A stretch of 64,000 bases of DNA from Gekko japonicus (lineage: Eukaryota), in the NCBI RefSeq assembly GCF_001447785.1, contig NW_015164693.1:103614-167613 (forward strand), written 5' to 3'. The notes under the pieces are model-generated. The model did no database searches. It was not told the origin of the DNA and was given only the letters and a program-made list of their open reading frames with translations. Made by a program: the position numbers and the translations under genes. This document shows positions 61,355 through 64,000 of the stretch, in pieces. Positions within the stretch are counted from its first letter, which is position 1. Each line of letters begins with the position of its first letter.

Positions 61355-61927
61355 TAGGGTTGCCAACCTCTAGGTTAGGGTTGCCAGTTCCCTACTTCTT
61401 CACAGCTGGGGGCTCCAGGCTTCTCTCCTGGATGTTCCTGCACGCGCCACGATGACATCTCCCAAGTGACATCATCGTGCTACGCATGTCACAGGGGGCG
61501 TTCTAGTGTTTGGCCAAAAACTCTATGGTCACCATAGAGTTTTTGGATGAATGCTAGAGAGTTCCCCCTGCGACGTGCCTAGTGCAATGATGTCATCTCC
61601 AGGTGACATCATTGAGCTGGGCACATTGGATCTGCGTAGCTCTTCGGGGGTGGGGCTCCCCCCACCAGCCAGCTGGACCTCAGGGGCCAGATCGAGGGGT
61701 CTGAAATCAGGAAAAACCCCGCCCCCATTGGGGGTATGGCAACCCTACTCCTGGTGGACCCTGGAGTTCTCCTGGAATTGCAACTGATCTCCAGACTACA
61801 GACATCAGTTCCACTGGAGAAAATTGCTGGTTTTGAGGATGAACTCAGCATCATACCCTGCTGAGGTCCCTCCCCAGGCCCTACCCCCAAACTCCAGGAA
61901 TTTCCCTACCTGGAGCTGGCAACCCTA
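61355..61927. mobile_element. Nested TAGGGTTGCC MITEs (inner copy 61376-61747)
   Basis: Two pairs of TAGGGTTGCC/GGCAACCCTA TIRs; inner TSD CTCTAGGT/CTCCTGGT. Confidence 0.8.
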
Positions 61928-62039
61928 GGAGCTGGCTCATGTTGACAACTAAGTGGCAGAGTTTCTTCTACTAATCAAATGGAGGACAATTTCCACGCTA
62001 ATTTGGCCAAGTAGGATTCAGAAATAGTTGTAATTTCCT

Positions 62040-62386
62040 TCTGTGCCCTCCTGGGGGCGCGCAAAACCGGAATAAGTTCCATCTTCGCCACTTCTTCCCC
62101 GAGAGGGCGCTCCCTGCCTACTTTATAGTGAGGTCTTTCAGAGTCCCCAAGTGCGCCTGGGATCTTTGTAGCGTCGGCCTCCTGTTTCTGCACGGACTGG
62201 GACAACGATGGCATGTTAGGCCTCTCCCCACAGAGATACTGAAGGCTAGAGCGGTACCGCTCTGCGACTATGGAGACTCATGGCCAATTTTTACCCGAAG
62301 CGCGCCCTATATAGCCTTTTTTGTCGTCGTTGTTAGTGTGCGTGAGTAAAACAAGTCTATGTGGCAGCTACTTGGGAGAGGTGAGT
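62040..62386 (+). promoter_or_regulatory. CpG-rich TATA promoter and candidate first exon of an unidentified transcript
   Basis: CpG-rich. YY1-like CCATCTT near 62079, ZNF143-like TGGGAtcTTTGTAG near 62158, CCAAT 62284, TATATAG 62308-62314, Inr-like TTAGTGT at 62333, strong donor GAG|GTGAGT at 62381. Confidence 0.6.
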
Positions 62387-64000
62387 TGTGTTTACTCCGG
62401 CTTCTTCTTGCCGCCTCCCCGCCCTTGTGTGGGTTTTTTTATTTGTTCCCCCGTTCGTTTAATGGCAACATAACGCCTTTCCCTTGAGCGTTAATATGTT
62501 CGCAAGGTGGCCCTGTGTGGAATGCGTTTATTTCAACTCGCGTGCCTTTTCATATGCCTTCCAGCACTTCCATTGGGTTCCCACACACAGCTGTGAGCCC
62601 CATTGAGCCCCCACAAGTAGCCTCTTCGGTTTATGCCATTTCCGTCTCCCCTTCAGAGAATGCTTAAGCCGTCTCAGAAACTACTGGAGAAAATCCCAAA
62701 GAAATCGGAAGTCTCCCGGACAGAATCAACCATCACAACAATAGAGATTATACTTAGGTTATTGTTTATTTAATATATATTCTGCTGCTGCTCTGACAAC
62801 ACCTAAATGTTTTAACAGGTGGGTCAGAAAGCCAAGAAGGAGGAGGTGGAAATAGGTGAACTGTGCAAAATATAGGCTTTGACAGCTGCAAAATGTGAGA
62901 AACGACGATGGTTATCGCAGCCTGTTTTCAATGATGAAATGTATTGATAAATTTGAACAATGGAAAGTTTATACTTTATGAAATGTATGAATGTGTTCCG
63001 CATTGCTAGATGCGAAATTCTCTTGTGTTTTATGTTGGAGAGGTGGGAAGTAGCATGGAGAAATTTTACAAGTGGTTTTGTAAAGCAGATCCCATTAATA
63101 AAAATGTGGTGAACACTGCTGCACTGCTTCAAATGGAGTTCTGTGTTGGTGTGAACTAGGAATGGTGCTTGATGCGAATGGTGCATTGTACAGCCCTTTC
63201 CTTTCAGTCCCTGTGCAATGCTAAGCAGAGTCATTCCCTAATACGTCCTTTGAAGTCGGCTTAGGACTGCAGTGTTAATATCTCAGTTGCCAAGCAGGGA
63301 GGGACTGGATTGTTTAGCTATATTGTAAACTCCTGGCATCTTATATGTATGAGCTGTTTTGGTGTATCTTGTTTATCAGTGTGGGCAACTACACCCATTG
63401 AGCATTGTGTGTGTCTATGCCTCTTAAGATGTTTTGAATGTGCTTCTTAATATAGAGAGTAAATGTAGCTCCACTCTCTAGGCAGCCAGAACTGGCTGTA
63501 TTATCTGAAGCAATGGAAAAACATGAATCCGAATTTTCTGGAAAATCTTCCAATGCCCTAAATAGGGAGCAATTTGATTATAGCAATATATAGATTATAT
63601 ATATTTATTTGGACATATATTTAGTAAACAACATTTTAAAAGCACCAACGTCCATTTTATATCTGAATAGCAACAAATACTTGAACTGAAGTAGGCAAAA
63701 AATGTTTTAAATGTTTCTACGTAAACAAACTGAAAGGTAGATGTGGCAGTTTTTAATAGGAATCATACCTGTAAAAATTAAAGACAACATAGCATGTACT
63801 TCTCTTATATTGTTTAAATTAAAAAAAAAATACCAAAGACCCCGAAACCTGTTGACATACTAATTTCACCACACCCATGATATGCTGCAAACATGGTTGT
63901 CTACTCATCCGTTTCAACACTCTTGTTCATGGATGTCTCTAGGATATCTCTTCATGTGCGTTACTTGTTCAATATCAGATTGGAGGTTTCCATCATTTGA

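Noticed and set aside
62930-63030. C/D snoRNA starting at ATGATGA (62931)
   Set aside because: I found no CTGA D box or terminal stem at a suitable distance.

Overview
Vertebrate genomic DNA, very probably from a squamate and most likely a gecko (Sauria- and Squam3-type SINEs, BovB, many TAGGGTTGCC MITEs). It comes from a draft assembly with three N-gaps. Three intact spliced genes lie on the + strand, with exons and reading phase checked by hand: NUDC (9 coding exons, 13277-33067, 344 aa), NR0B2/SHP (2 exons, 41656-46124, 249 aa) and GPATCH3 (7 exons, 49201-58106, 492 aa). An unidentified TATA/CpG promoter with a candidate first exon follows at about 62.1-62.4 kb. The rest is mostly transposon-derived: L1, L2, CR1, BovB, a chromodomain Gypsy end, Penelope-like elements, hAT elements and MITEs, a Harbinger-like MITE, a Helitron-like element, and tRNA- and 5S-derived SINEs. 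I found no convincing new multi-gene system. The best leads are: (1) NUDC appears inverted relative to mammals, and a transposon with matching TSDs supports the join across the intervening gap; (2) a near-intact minimal hammerhead ribozyme in a Penelope-like element; (3) an OC1-like hAT carrying foreign GC-rich cargo just upstream of NR0B2; (4) a conserved FXR/LRH-1/E-box SHP promoter whose TATA box is also a perfect CArG box; (5) a promoter-like RFX/NF-Y/YY1 cluster inside the NR0B2 intron; (6) the unidentified downstream promoter where GPN2 would be expected. Gene and repeat-family names come from recalled sequences, not database searches.
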